The notes under the pieces: generated by a model
What the model saw: the letters and a program-made list of their open reading frames with translations, nothing else
Databases searched by the model: none
What the model was told of the DNA's origin: nothing
In this document: positions 63,651-64,000 of the stretch, one piece after another
How positions within the stretch are numbered: the first letter of the stretch is position 1
How the letters are laid out: each line of letters opens with the position of its first letter
Position numbers and translations under genes: made by a program
NCBI GenBank assembly: GCA_965235115.1
Contig: OZ249436.1
Span: 44,394,001-44,458,000 of the forward strand
Direction: 5' to 3'
Source: Laetmonice hystrix
Taxonomy: Eukaryota
Length of the DNA: 64,000 nucleotides

Positions 63651-64000
63651 GGAGCGTTCGATCTGAGAGCGAACTTTTAATGTCCATATTGTCATCAGGT
63701 TCACAGATACATGTGTAAAACTTGTCCAACCACTATGTACAGTACTCCGCATGTATCGTTCACGTGTCGCAGTCTTCACCCATCACAATAACTCCACGAC
63801 GGTAACTCCACAATATTGGGTGGTTACTGTTTGTGACCCTGTCCCCACTCTAACTTCTATCCGGAACCATGTTTATCTGTCTGGAAAGGAAGGTAGGTAC
63901 AAAGATTATTCCATCGTAAAAAACGGCGTCTTTACCAATTTACTGTCTTGGTAATACTAACAATATTCTCTTTCACATCACCACATTAAATTTTAATGTC

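Overview
Non-coding eukaryotic DNA, most likely from an invertebrate animal (inferred from intronless tRNA genes without encoded CCA, oligo-T terminators, microsatellites and MITEs). I found no credible protein-coding gene; the ORF track mostly reflects repeats. About 7.3-60.5 kb is a head-to-tail array of ~1.75-2.1 kb units carrying 22 tRNA-Cys(GCA) and 21 tRNA-Asp(GTC) genes, all on the + strand. Each full unit also holds ~57-bp inverted repeats centred on the tRNA-Asp gene, a GC-rich block with CTCF-like motifs, a (CT)n tract and a decayed tRNA-derived SINE-like head. Three insertions interrupt the array: a 3.1-kb long-TIR DNA element with two nested MITEs, a 604-bp MITE with a 9-bp target-site duplication (TSD), and a 7.7-kb stack of four Helentron/DINE-like elements. 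In that stack each element sits in the (TAT)n tract just behind the head of the previous one. The left flank has two MITEs, a local duplication with two tRNA-Asp pseudogenes, and minisatellites. The right flank has 93-bp and 38-bp minisatellites. Coordinates were read by eye, so element ends may be off by a few bases.
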